Positions 10,984 to 24,609 of a stretch of DNA of 64,000 nt are shown here, piece by piece. Position 1 is the first letter of the stretch. The number at the start of each line of letters is the position of its first letter. The DNA comes from Chiloscyllium plagiosum (lineage: Eukaryota), in the NCBI RefSeq assembly GCF_004010195.1, contig NC_057728.1, positions 45,902,229 through 45,966,228 on the forward strand, read 5' to 3'. Both the position numbers and the translations under genes were made by a program. Below the pieces are notes generated by a model. It ran no database searches, was not told the origin of the DNA, and saw nothing but the letters and a program-made list of their open reading frames with translations.

Positions 10984-13417
10984 TCTGAGCATTATGTAAA
11001 AATAGTAGTGTTGTTTCGGTATGTCTCTACTTTTCTTTAAAACAAAGAGGAAGTCTGTTTGGGGCTTTCTTTTCGTTTTTTTATTGGTAATAATCTCATC
11101 TAAACTATGCTCGGGGTGGCTGGGATGTTTGCTTTCAGTTTCTAAGTTAAGTTATACCAAAGGATGGGTGGGTTTTTTTTTCAAAATTTCTTTATTCACG
11201 TTGTTATTCCATGGTGTATTTTCTTTCTTTGCTGCTTGTGTTTGTGGTGTAGCTCTAGCTAGGGGGGAGAAAATGGTTGGGATGGCTAGATGCCTACTTA
11301 CGGGCAGGTTATGCCTGGTTCAGGTACTTAGTGCCCTGGCAGCTGTATTGGCAGCGGAATGGGAAATTGGGTTTTGGGATGGGTAATTGCCCCCTTTGGG
11401 CAGTGGGTGAGTTCCCCTATTCAGCACCATTGGCCCTTTATATGTTGGTTTGTTTTTTGGTTTTATTCTATATAACCTTTGATAGCTTTATAGATTTGTT
11501 AACTGTAGTAGTTTTAGTTTATGTAGTTTTTACATTCAATGGATCTTGCAACACTAAGGCTCAGCGATTTGTAATTTGTGTTCCTCCTTTCTGGAATCTA
11601 AATGTTACTGCAGAAGGTAATGGTGAATGACTTGATTAAATGGTGTACCTGGAACATCAAGGGAAGTCATTCACTAATTAAGAGGAAAAATGTATTTTCG
11701 ATCTTAGGAAGGAAAAGGTGGATATTGTTTTATTACACAGTTGGATGATAGGGAGCATTTGAACCTACAGCAAAATGGCTTTGATTGGGTTTACCTTTCA
11801 TCTTTTAATACCAGAAGTAGAGGAGTGGCTATATCGGTTAGGAGGAATCTCCCATTTAAGAGTGTATTAAAGGCAGACATGGAAGGTTTGTAACCCTCAA
11901 AGCCCTGATAGATGGGGAAGAATATGATGCTTTAAATGTTTACTGCCCTCCGGCCTATCCCCTCAAGTTTGAACTGATTTGCTGAACTGATCAGTTTCGA
12001 TTCTCAGCATATTATCATAGGGGGACATTTTAATTGTCTTATGGATCCCATAGTAGACAGGTTGCCCAAAGGCCCCCCAATACCCTCTGTACAAACTAGA
12101 CAATTAGTGGATCTGTGTGTGGAGTTAGGGTTGGTGGACGTCTGAAGGCGTCTTCATCTTACAGGTGGGGATTTTATGTTTTTTTCCAATCCACACGAAT
12201 GTCACACAAGGATTGATTTTTTTCTGACCCCCATGGCAACCATGGACTTGGTGGCATCTTGTAAAATTGGCAATATTACCATCTCAATCATGCTCCAGTG
12301 TATCTGTAGATTAAGGGATGTTACAGTGGGTTCGAGGTACTGGCGAATGGATTTCTTTATCCTTAAGGATAATAAGTTTGTGGAGTATTTCGCCAAGGAA
12401 TTTAGGGCGTTCCTAGACATTAACTCAGGCTCGGTTAGTAGCCCATCCATCCTTTGGGAAACTGCCAAAGCCTATGCCAGGGGGTTAGTTATTTCCTGCT
12501 CTGCCAGTAGGAAGCAACAGAAGGGCAAGCAGCAACGTTTCCTCGAAGGCAGCTGAGAAGGATTTCCTTTGACAGGCCCTCATTGGCCAAGCTACAGATT
12601 ACGGCACTGCAGTCTGCATTGAATTCTGTGCTCAAGCAGACAGAAAAGAAGGAGCTTACTTTTGCAAAACAAAGGTTATATAGGCATGGTGACAATCCGG
12701 GCAAGTACCTGGCATATCTTGCCAGAAAAAGAGTGCCCCTCAAGCCAATACATCAATTAGGGAAGATGTTGGGGACCTAACATGTGATTCTAAAAAGATT
12801 AATACGACATTTCAGAGATATTACTCTGAATTATACCAATCTGAGGGTTGTGTGGAAGGGCAGGCCAAGATGGAGTCCTTTTTCAAGGATCTGGAACTTT
12901 CAGGTATGATCCCCGAACAATAGTCTTTTCTCAATGCCCCCTTATCAGAGCAAGAGGTGCAGGAGGCTATGAATCAGCTTTAGAGTGGAAAGGTGGCCAG
13001 TCCTGACAGACTTCCCAGCGACTACTATAAGGAATTTCTCAGCATATTGTCAGGCCTAATGCTCAACATGTTCAATGACTCAGTCATAGTCATCTCCCGC
13101 CATCTCTAAGAGAGGCCAATATTTTGCTTATTCTTAAAAAAGGGAAGGTCCTGGAGGACTGTGCTTCTTGCAGGCCCATTTCACTCTTAAAAGTTGACTT
13201 TAAAATCCTCTCTAAGACTGTTGCGTTAAGGCTGGAGACTGTGTTACCTTCTATTGTTAAAGAGGACCAGATGGTTTTCATAAAGGGCTGCAGATCCTCT
13301 AATAATGTTAGGAGGCTGCATAATATAATTCAAGCATGTCAACAACAGTCAATACAGGGATTGGTAATTTCTCTAGATGCAGTGAGGGCATTTGACCGAG
13401 TTTAGTGGCCTTACCTT

Positions 13418-13749
13418 GTGGGTGGCACGGTGGCACAGTGGTTAGCACTGCTGCCTCACAGTGCCAGAGACCCGGGTTCAATTCCCGACTCAGGCGACTG
13501 ACTGTGTGGAGTTTGCATATTCTCCCCGTGTCTGCGTGGGTTTCCTTCGGGTGCTCCGGTTTCCTCCCACAGTCCAAAAAATGTGCAGGTCAGGTGAATT
13601 GGCCATGCTAAATTGCCCGTAGTGTTAGGTAAAAAGGGGTAAATGTAGGGTAATGGGTGGGTTGCGCTTCGGCGGGTCGGTGTGGGCTTGTTGGGCCGAA
13701 GTGCCTGTTTCCACACTGTAAGTAATCTAATCTAAAAAAAAATCTAATC
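13418..13749 (+). mobile_element. young HE1-like SINE inserted in the L1 RT
   Basis: CpG-rich full-length copy; TSD TACCTT at 13412-13417 and 13750-13755. Confidence 0.92.
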
Positions 13750-14110
13750 TACCTTTTTTATACTCTAGAGCGGTTTGGCTTGGGCGAAGCCTTTATAAGA
13801 TGGGCAAAGGTTCTCTACAGTGACCCTCTTGCTGCGGTCATCACCAATGGGGTGTGATCAAGCAATTTTAGTATTTTTAGGGGCAACCGACAGGGCTATC
13901 TCCTTTCGGTATTGCTTTTTACATTGGTGATTGAACCATTGGCGGAGGGATCCCAATATATCAGCTCAGAAATGGGGTTAAAATTACATATGATTTCATT
14001 GTACACGGATGATGTCCTCATTTTTTGTCAAATCCAGTAGTTTCGGTGCCTTGCCTGATACAATGCATCAGCTCGTTTGACACCTTTACGAGGTACAAGA
14101 TTAATTTTGC

Positions 14111-15966
14111 ATGAATCAGGACATACAGAACCTGCTAAAAACCAGGCGTGAGGCCTTCAGATCAGGAGACCCACTCAAATGTAAGGAATCCAAGTATGAT
14201 CTTCGCAGAGCCATTAAGACAGCCAAGGACCAATACCGATCCAAACTAGAGACCCAGACAGACAGCCAGTGACTATGGCAAGGACTGAATGACATCACAG
14301 GTTTGAAAAAGAGACAGTGCAAGATAGCAGACGATGACATATCCCTCCCAGATCATTTCAATGCCTTCTAGCTCGCTTTGAAGAGAATTTCAATGGAAAG
14401 GCAACACCTATTCTGACAAGTCTTGATGAACCTGTCCCAACAGCCTCTGCATCAGAGGTCAGATCAGTTTTCCTTCATGTGAATCCAAGGAAAGTAATTG
14501 CACCAGATGGAGCACCAGACCGTACACTCAGAACATGTGCATATCAATTAGCAGAGGTCTTCTCTTCAACCTCTCCCTGTAGCAGGCCACTGTCCCTGCC
14601 TGTTTCAAGAGGGCCAACATCATCCCTGTGCCTAAGAAGGCTCATGCAGCATGTCTCAATGACTACCGCCCAGTGGCCCTAACTTTGGTGGTCATGAAAT
14701 GTTTTGAAAGGCTGTCATGGCATTAATCAACTCCAGCCTCCCCACTACTCTTGACCAAGTCCAATTTGTGTATCGGACCAACAGATCCATGTCAGATGCC
14801 ATATCACTTGCCCATCACTCCTCCCTAGAACATCTTGACACCAAGAGCAGCCATGTAAGAATCCTACTCATTGACTACAGTTCAGCCTTAAACATTATTA
14901 TCCCCTCGAGGCTGATTACTAAACTTAGCGATCTTGGACTAAGCCCCACTCTCTGCAATTGGATCCTCAGTTTCCTGACCAACAGGCCACAATCAGTGAA
15001 GATTGGGGACAATATTTCATCCTCACTAACACTCAACACAGGAGCCATCCAGGGGTGCGTACTCAGCCCCCTACTGTACTCACTGTATACCCATGACTAC
15101 ATCACCAAATACCAGACTAATGCCATTTACAAGTTCGCTGATGACACCACCATAATTAGTTGAATCTTAGATGGTGATGAAGCAGACTACAGAGGGGAGG
15201 TGGAAGACTAGCAAAAAAGATGCTCTGAGAACAACTTAACTCATTACTGACTTTTGGTGGGATGTTACTCATGCCTCCTTACACATTAACAGCACAGAGG
15301 TGGAACGAGTGGAGAGTGTCAGGCACCTGGGAGTGGTCATCTACAACAAGCTTTCTTGGACTCTTCATGTGGACGCACTGGTTACAAAGGTCCAACAATG
15401 CCTCTTCTTCCTCAGGCAGCTGAGGAAATTTGGCATGACAGTGAATACCCTTGCCAACATTTATATGTGTGCCATTGAGAGCATTCTGTCTGGATGTATC
15501 ACTACCTGGCAACTGTACCATTCAAGATCGGAGACGGTTAGAGAGTGGTGAACTCGACCTGGACAATCACAAAGGCCAACTTCCCAGCTATATAACCAAT
15601 CTACTAGGCCCACTGTCAAGGAAAGGCCGCCAGCATTCTCAAAGATCCATCCCACCCTGGCAATGCTTTTCTACAAACTCCTCCATCGGGGAGAAGGTAC
15701 AGAAGCCTGAACACACACACCAGACAGTTTCATAACTTTTTCTAACCTAGTGTTGTTAGAATACTAAATGGACTCACAAACTCTTAACATGCACCTGTAC
15801 CTGTGTTTTTGGTTTTGCCGCTGTTTACCTATTATTTACTTATCTATGCCACTTAGCTCTGTGATCTGCCTGTATTGCTCGGAAGATAAAACTTTTCACT
15901 GTGACTCGGTACACGTGGCAATAAATTCAATTCGATTCAATTCAATTCAATTCAATTCAATTCAAT
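14111..15966 (+). mobile_element. 5'-truncated Rex1/Babar LINE nested in the L1
   Basis: [36 protein letters not shown] and LFFLRQLRKF motifs; AATAAA followed by an (ATTCA)n tail. Confidence 0.85.
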
Positions 15967-15979
15967 GCATATGGGTAGT

Positions 15980-17583
15980 TTTTTTTTTGTAAATGTATTT
16001 ATTAGCAAATTTTTTTAACTTTACAAACATATAAAATTTTTGAAAAAAATCAATAACAAATATCAGTATAATAAAAAGAAAAAAAACCCACAAATTACAA
16101 TACAACTACTATCTACTAACTGCTCACCTACCCTATAATACAAAGCAAACTCTAACACTGTTCAAGGCAACACCAAAAAACAGAAAAGCAAAAAAACCCA
16201 AAAACCCCACAAATTACAGAATAGCTATGCTCGGCGCAAAGCTCCCAAACAAAGGAACGGGAACATTGTACATATACCCGTATTAACTCGGGAGACCCCC
16301 TCCAGGGCCCAGGGCTTGACCAATCTAATCATCCTGGTTAACAAACACCCTAGTTAAGATAACTGACAAATCTATATCCAAATAACTCAAGTAGGGCTGC
16401 CATGTCTTATAAAAATTGTCTGTTGTGTGGTGCACCATGTTTGTAAAAATGTGCAAGGGAATGTGCTCCATAATTAATTTCTGCCATCCCAGCAAGCCCG
16501 GCAGGTTCTCAGACACCCAATTCATCAGAATATTCTTCCGTACACAGTATGCAAGAATATTAAATAGTTTCTTCCCATGCCCGTCTAAAGATGGTAAATT
16601 CGGTAGACCTAAGAGGAGAGATATCTGGTCTACTTTGACTTCAGTCCTCAATACCCTCCCTATCTCTCCCGCCACAGTGCTCCAATAAACACTGAGCCTG
16701 TGGCATGTCCAGAGCAATGGGTAAGAGTACCTACACTTATTTTACATTTGGGGCACACTGAAGATGCCCCTTTTTTAAACTTCGCCAGACGGTCTGGTGC
16801 CAGATGAGCCCTGTGCAGAACTATTAACTGTGTAGCGCATGTCCTATTACAGATTGAGATCTTTCAAGCATTCTCCAATATGTTTTCCCATGTTTCAAAA
16901 GAGATCTCCACTCCCAGCTCTTGCTCCCAGACCTCACATAACCGGTTAATATCCTGCCAGGCCCTGCCACCCAGCAGGTGATAGAGGACACTAACTGAAG
17001 GGGTGCTTGTGGAACGTAGCAACAACCTCTCTGTATCAGGCTTATAGGGCTTAGTGAGAAGCATAGTCTTCTTCTGGATGAAATCCATAACCTAAAAAAA
17101 AATGGAAAAGATCTCTGCTGGGCAATCCATATTTGCGGCTCAGTTGCTCAACAGACATCATAACCTCCCCTTCAAACAAGTCTCCCAAATCAGAAACTCC
17201 TCTCGCTGCCCATAGTTTGAACCCTGAGTCCATCATCCCTGGTCGGAATCCTGGCATGCCAAGTATAAGTGTAAGTGGCGAAGTCTTGGATAAGCAACCC
17301 TCACTCTGACGCATCGCCCTCCATGCCTTGACTGTACTAATGACAATGGGGTTCTGGCAATGGTCCATAACTGTCCTCATCTTATCCATGAACAACAGGT
17401 TAATAAGTGGGCACTTTGTCTGGGAGGCCTCGATATCCAGCCATATTGAGTTTGGATCGTTACCTACCCAATCACAGACAAAGGACAGCAGGGAACTCAA
17501 TTGGTACCTCCTGATGTCTGGGAAATCAACTCCTCCCCCTCCATGAGGCAACTGCAATTTAGTAAGTTTGATGAGGGGCCGCC
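15980..17583 (-). mobile_element. 5'-truncated L1 (related subfamily) inserted antisense in the host L1
   Basis: Poly(T) at 15979-15988; LQLPHGGGGVDFPDIRRY and MLWTC motifs; perfect 13-bp TSD GCATATGGGTAGT at 15967-15979 and 17584-17596. Confidence 0.9.
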
Positions 17584-20500
17584 GCATATGGGTAGTCTTA
17601 AGAAGATGCTACGTTTTGAGGGTGAATGTTAACTCACATTTAAGTGGGCATATTCATAACTCCAGTTTTTGAACAGTTGTTTAAAGCTAATTTTGTTCAG
17701 TTATTCAACAAAATCAAACAAGACCTTCAAAGATGGGAGGCACTTCTAGTCTCACGGTTAGGTTGGATATCTCTTATTAATACGAATCTTCTCTAACATT
17801 TGTTGCACCTGATACAAATGCTCCCCCTGATTTTCGATAAGTAAACATTCAGGATACTTTTATTTGGCATTGTAAACGGCCCCTACAATTGCCTCACAGA
17901 CTGGGGGAATGGACCTTCTGGACATTAAAAACTATCAACTGAGCTCACTTTTATCTTAGGTGAGCGATTGGGCTTGTGGGGACCCTCCTTCACTATGATA
18001 AGAGATTGAAACCTCTCAGGCAAAGTGCCACCTTACTAGCTTGCTGTTTTTGGACAAAATTAGGACAGTTAAGGAATATTGCCGTAACCCAATAGTTATC
18101 AATGCTGTTAAAGCATGGAGGGCAATTCGGCAGAGGGAAGGCAGTATTGGCAAAACATCTTTTCTTACACCTATAGTGGGTATGCTGGGATTTCAACTGG
18201 GGATGATGGATTCAGGATTCAAATATTGGGTGGTGAGGGGTGTGTCTTGCATGGGTGATTTATTTGAGGGAGACACAATGATGTGTTTTGATCAGTTAGC
18301 GTGGAAATGCGAGCTATCTAGCAGGGACCTCTTTCATTTTTTTCAAGTTATGGACTATATTCAAAAAAAGACTACACTTTTGACTGATCTCTACAAATCC
18401 GACATGGAGAAGACAGTGCTTAGTGCTAAGAGCACACTTTCTGTCAGCACTTTTTATCATCAACTGGGGAGGGGGGGGGGTGCCTCAGATGAGTTTGATC
18501 GGCTTTGCAGGGTGTGAGAGAGAGAGAGCTCAGCATTGATATCTCCTCAGAGGCATGGGAAGATATTTGGAAAAACACAAGAAAGATGTCAATTTGCAGT
18601 AGGACCCATGCTTTACATTTGAAGATTCTCCATAGGGTCCACTTGGCTCTGGACCATATGTCAAAATTTAAACCAAGAGTATCTTCAACGTGCCACAAAT
18701 ATAAAGTTAGTATGGGCACTTTTACCCAATGTCTCTGGTCCTGTGGTAGGCTTCAAACATACTGGAGTGCTGTGACAGGTGCAATGGAGCGGATTTTAGG
18801 TGTTAGGGTGGAGAAGGACCCGATCTCTCCTCTTCTTGGCCTGCCCAGTGTATTCCCTGGAGATGCACATAAGAAAAAGCTTTTCAACATCCTCACTTTC
18901 TGCACAAGAAAGATTATCTTGCCAGGTTGGGTATCCAAAAAAAAACCCCGGGCCTGGTAGGTTGGTGTAAGGTTGATATGGAGCATATCCCCTTGGATTT
19001 TCTTACAAGTATGGGACACCACAAAACTAGGAATTTCTATAAGACATGACAGCCCTTTTTGGACTACCTGGACACAGATTTGTCTATCACCCTAATAAGG
19101 GCTTTTATATAGCCATAACAATTGTGCTTTATGAGTCCAATATCCAGACAGGGGAACTGTGAATATATGAAAATGTGAAAATTAATGCTCTTGATATTTA
19201 AGAGTTAGTGTTTTGTTTTGCTGAGGTGTATTAATTATTATTATTATTATCATTATTTACTAGTATGTTGTTAGTAATTATTTATTTAGTTAAGTAGTTA
19301 GTTGGGATTTTAAAATGTTTATATATATAATGATACATTTGTACATGAGGGCAGTTTGGGTTTTAATTTATTTTGTGTTCTTTCTTTCTTTGTATTGTTT
19401 TGAAATGTATTTATTTTATTTGTTGTAATATTAAAAAATCTATTTTTCAATAAAAATATATTTTTAAAAAACCATGATTTTGGTGCAAATACTTGTTAAG
19501 GTAGTGGTCTCAGACGTTTACTTTGAAACAAAAAATTGTGCAATGCAAAATGCATTAGGTCTGAGACCAGTGAAAGTCTTATATTTGCCCATAAAGAAAT
19601 GGGAACAGCCAGCTTGGCTGCAGAAGGTGGGAAAACTTCCAGAACGTGGGAAATCACTGTAGTGATCAGGAAAAAGAATGGGGAAATGCCCAGTTGGCAG
19701 AATTGAGATATGACATTGCTTATTGCTATACAAACTAATTTGAAAGTTAGAGCAAGTGAAAGACTACAACACTGCCACAATAGAGAATGTAAACCTTCAT
19801 TTAAAAAAAACTATAGTTTCTCTACATTTTTTATATTTAGTTATGTTTTATACTTTTAATAGCATGACATCTGCTGCCGTACTATTGTTGAACCTTAGGA
19901 TAGAATAGACCAAAGTCACTTACCAGTTACTCACCAAATAAATAACTTCTCCTGCAACATAATAAGAATCAATTCTTGAAGCTGAAGCAGTTCAGGAAAA
20001 ATAAAAATAAAAAATTTTTGATCCCTCCCTGACCTTGACTTCTTTAATCACTTAATGCCAGTGCTCTATTGTATGTTGCACAAGATTCTAACTTGCTGTA
20101 AATTGGCCAGTTTTATATGCTATTAAGACATAAGGCCTATTTGACTCATTTAATGAGGATCCAGTGTCCACTGCTTCTTCATTGAGCTATTCCTCCAGGG
20201 GAAGCCTTACTGAAACCCTGCTTAAACCTGACATCTGCTGTAGATTTCAATTTGATGCCAACTATAAACTACAAACTAGAATGGATTCGTACAAAAGCAT
20301 AAAAACTGACTTTATTATCCAACATCTGCAAGTACTCAACATTATAAATCACTGACATATAGAAGGTAATAATTACCTTAACCTGAGAACAAATAAGACT
20401 TGAAGTGCCAATATTTAACAGAAGAGTTCAGCATCTGAGGTAGTCTGTAGGTAACTTCATTAATGACCTTTTACAGTTGAGTGAAGAACAGTGATGAGGG

Positions 20501-21209
20501 AGTTGGGAAACCAGAATTCATAAAAGACTGAATTGTGCTTGGAATTATTGATCAGTCTTTGACATATGTACTGCAGTCCAAAGATTTGACTTTGGAGAAG
20601 GCTACTCAAAGCTGAAACCAGAAAGGCACTCAGCTGAATTTTGCAAGAACAACCTTTTTTATTATTTATGCCGTGATGAGGGCATTGCTGGCAGGGTCGG
20701 TTGCCAATCCCTAATTGCCCAGGGGGTCAACCACATATAATAGGAGACCAACAGAAATTATACTTGATAAAGCACAAACATTCTACAGACACACAATAAG
20801 CTCACACAAAGTGTAGAAAAAATGACAGATATGAAGGCGCTGCATTCTGCCAGAATGGAGAATATCTACACTGTGGCATAATTGTCAGATTTACTAGAAA
20901 CCTCAAGTTCCATTCTTGAGCGTAGTCTTTGCTGTTTTTGCGGGGGCAGGATGGGTTGGCTGTGGTTCTCATATGTATAGTTCCTGGAAGTGGTTAGACT
21001 TATTTCCATTGAAATAGGATTTTGGAATCTTAGACTAGGCCTGTTGTCTTTTGGATAGCCAAGAATACTGCTTTGGACAGCTAGGGTAGCCTTCCAGATA
21101 GGGTTGCATGACAGTTTGGGGGCCGGGAGCAGGATGGGAGGACATTCAATATTTTGGGGTTGGCGGAGGAGGTAAGAAAGCAGGGGGTGGTGGGAGGTAC
21201 AGTCAGGTC

Positions 21210-21720
21210 AGAGACTGGGAATTCCATGGTAAGTAACTCACCTAACACCTGTCCACCATCTGCATGTCAGGAATGTGATGGAATAATCTCCACTTGTCTG
21301 GAAGAGTGCAGCTCCAATAACTGAAAATGCTCCACATTTTTCAAGGCAAAGCATCCATTTGACTAGCACTTCATTTAACACCGTCAACGTTCATTCCCTC
21401 CACCACTGATGCACAGTGGCAGGAGAATGTGCCACCTACTAAGAGTACTGTAATAACACATCCAAGGCTCCTTCAACAGCACCTTCCGAAATTGCACCCT
21501 ATATCAGCCCGATGAACAAGGGGAGCAGATACATAGGTACACCACCAGTTGAAAGTTCCTCTCCAAACCATCCTGACTTGGAATTATTACTGTTACTTCT
21601 TTGTCATTGGGTCAATATCCTGAAACTCCCTAACCTCATGGATAACGAGGTTAAAGAAAGTCACTCAGCATCACCACATCAAGGATAATTATATACTGAA
21701 TAATAAAATCTCACTTTGCC
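21210..21720 (+). mobile_element. old CR1/L2-group LINE 3' fragment
   Basis: gtcaggaatgtgatggaata...ccacttg...gagtgcagctcc resembles an RT C-terminus; heavily decayed. Confidence 0.55.
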
Positions 21721-22908
21721 AGCAACATTAATGTTCCAGGTTGTGGACTAGATGGATAAAATGGTTTGCTTCTGCACTGTAGGGTTTATATGATTCTATG
21801 AATGAATAAAACAAAAGGCTGTAGAAACCCCCAGATATCTGGATAGGCCAACTTGTTATAATAATCATGGATACAGGAACAATTACACACAAGCAATGTT
21901 AAAGCCTGTTTTCTCTTTTACAGATGTTAACTGATCTGTTTCATTATTCTAGAATTATCTGTTTTTATTAAATGATTAGAACTCCACACCTTTATGACAT
22001 ATCTTGTGGCTTCACTTTCAAGAGTGTTTCTTCAAATTCAATTGTCTGCTTTATTTATCATAAAATCTTAATGTCTTTTTTTTATATTCCTTCCATGTTA
22101 AATGGCCTGATCGCAAAACAAATTTGGTTGCTGCTTTTAAAGGAAAGGGAACAACAATATTGCATGAAAAATTAGTTTTAAAAATACTTTGCATTTTTAT
22201 TAAAATATACATGTGCAGAATTTTATGGACTGTGGATGGGGTGGACTGCTCAATTCGCCCAGCCACTGTGAATGGAAACTCAGACAGTGGTAGAAGACGG
22301 GCTCAAGATGAGCCTGGCTCCCCTGTGGCAGCTCCAAGGGTTTCAACATCTCCAAAGCTCTCTAGTGGATACTGGCAGAACTGCAACCAGTCCCTGAGGA
22401 GCCCCCAGACCCAAGTGAATCAGGAGCATTAGGCCAAGGTGAGTTTAGCTACTTTAGACTGGTCACTGTGGGTAGAGGGGTGAGTTTTAAAGTCCAAATT
22501 GGGGGGGGGGGGGGGGGTGGGGGGAAATGGGGGGAGGGAAATGGGGGTACCACCTTCTGGGCGATGCCCCTATGAGCAATTGGCAATATTCAACCACCCC
22601 TCCATCACCACCGTCCCTTTGTCTATCCCTTCTTCTTTCTCACCCTTCCCAACAATCCCTAACCCCTCTCCCTCATCTTTCCCTCTTCCTCCCCTTTTCC
22701 TCTCCCTGTCCCTTCAGAGTTAGCCCACACTGACCTTTGTCCCCTAGCTCCTGCCATTGAGTTACTGAGAGCATATGAGTGCATGAGGGAGAGTGAGCCA
22801 TGAACTCCGTCCCCACATCACAGTTTTCCTGTTGCTGGCAAATTGCAACTGGTCACAGCTAAGGACTGCCAATATATTCATTGGGAAATGTTATTTCTGA
22901 TTAGGTTA

Positions 22909-23248
22909 TGGTGGTCATGGTGGCTCAGTGGTTAGAATTGCTGCCTCACAGCTCCACAGACCTGGATTTGATTCCAGCCTCGGCTGACTGTCTGTGTGGA
23001 GTTTTCACACTCTCCCCATGTCTGCGTGGGTTTCTGCCAGGTGCTCCGGTTTTTTCCCACAGTCCAAAGATGTGCAGGTCAAGTGGATGGGCCATGATAA
23101 ATTGCCCATAATGTCCAACGATATGCAGGCTAGGTGGGTTAGCCATTGGGGAATGCAGAGTTACAGGGGTGGGTCTGGGAGGGATGCTCTTCGAAGGGTT
23201 GATGTGGATTCTAGGCCGAATGGGCCCACACTGTAGGGAAGCTATGAT
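22909..23248 (+). mobile_element. HE1-like SINE (older)
   Basis: Same head and central domain as the other copies. Confidence 0.85.
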
Positions 23249-24609
23249 AATTGGGTGCTCCTGTGCAAGAAGTTACTCTGATTAGATGGCCAATTGACAG
23301 AGACACATTTATCTACTAGTTTTCAATATATTTTCGCTTCTTGGATTGAGCTTTTCATAAGATCAACTGAGCATGAATTACTTGCTTACAGATGGTTAGG
23401 GACCTGCTAATTTTGTGGCTTCCCCCCTGCCAATCATACGTGACGTGGGGGAGGGGGGAGCATAGGGGCATGGGAATGTCATGGGCTAGATACCTGCCCT
23501 ATGTTCTGTGAACTCCCCCATCAAAAACACACCAAGCAGGGACATGTCATATCTAGCCTCAGCTTATCAATCACTCTTATGAAATAGAATTCTATTAACA
23601 CAGCAACAAACAATTCTCAATTTCTCCTATTGTTATGTGTTTAACATTGAAGCTGAAACATTACTGAAGCCATCAATTAAGGCGTCTGTTGCCTTTCAGT
23701 TTGATTTATGTAATTACATATTTTCATCTCAAAGTCGGTCAGAGTAATGTCTCCGTGCCAATTTCGTGCAGGTTGCCTGTGTTGGCTTCATCATTTTGTT
23801 AACTCAGGCTGTCTAGGATAGTCAAAGCATTTATTTAGGGCTGACTTTAACCTTCCCCACCAGGTGGAAACTGTGCAGTTAGGGCAGGGTACATTTTGCA
23901 GCCCACTTACCCACACGGGAACTGCTGGCAGTCTACCTGTGATTATTTCAACCTTCTACATCACTTCCTGCCCTCTCTACCAACTCAGATACTGACCCCA
24001 TGGTGGGCACGTTGTCTAGATTAGAAATGGGGAGCACAGGCGTGAGCACATTCCTGCCATGTCTCTGCAGCTGGTCGAGAAGGAAATGCCCCAGGTCACT
24101 GGCACTCACAGGGCTGGAGGAGAGAGGGACCCCAGTACTATCACCCACCCATTTAAGTTATTTCGATGGATAGTCCCTAACTAATATCTGAAGAGTTCCC
24201 CAATTGTTTTCCCAGATTGGTTGCACTGGGCCCATTGAGGGGACTGACTATAGCACAGCTCCCAGACTGTAGTGATATGACTCCCTGACTGTCACCACTC
24301 TGAGCTACAGGAGCTTTTGGACTAGTATCGGAAGCTGCTCCTGACCTTCTGTGCCAGGACCCTTGCCTGAAGGGTGTCTCTGTTGACTTAAATGAAGACT
24401 ATTCCCTTTAGATCTTAAGATGTAACTGTTTGCTTAAAGCATGTGCAGTGTGTTTGTTGTGTATACAGCTGGCACATATTGCTTGGTGCTGTACAGAAAC
24501 ATATCCACTCCCTTGACTGATCATTTTGACAACCATGACATTATATGTTAATGATGATAAAGCATTGGAAGGAATGGGGTAATGTGGGAGGGGGTTTTAT
24601 CAACAGTTA

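Larger units (their letters stand above)
11620..19112 (+). pseudogene. L1 ORF2p (EN-RT-CCHC), disrupted and split by three insertions
   Basis: Starts MVNDLIKWCTWNIKG; many stops and frameshifts; C-terminal LHLKILHR...C..CLWSC...YW. Confidence 0.85.
9988..19472 (+). mobile_element. full-length degenerate L1-clade LINE (~5.7 kb without its nested insertions)
   Basis: ORF1, then ORF2 (WNIKG, GDFN, RIDFF, RPISLL, DAVRAFDRV, YTDD, CCHC region), AATAAA at 19449 and a short A tail. TSD CATGATTTTGG at 9977-9987 and 19473-19483, next to a TT/AAAA target. Confidence 0.9.

Noticed and set aside
15925..15965. (ATTCA)n short repeat array
   Set aside because: It is the microsatellite tail of the Rex1 LINE, not a CRISPR or independent satellite.
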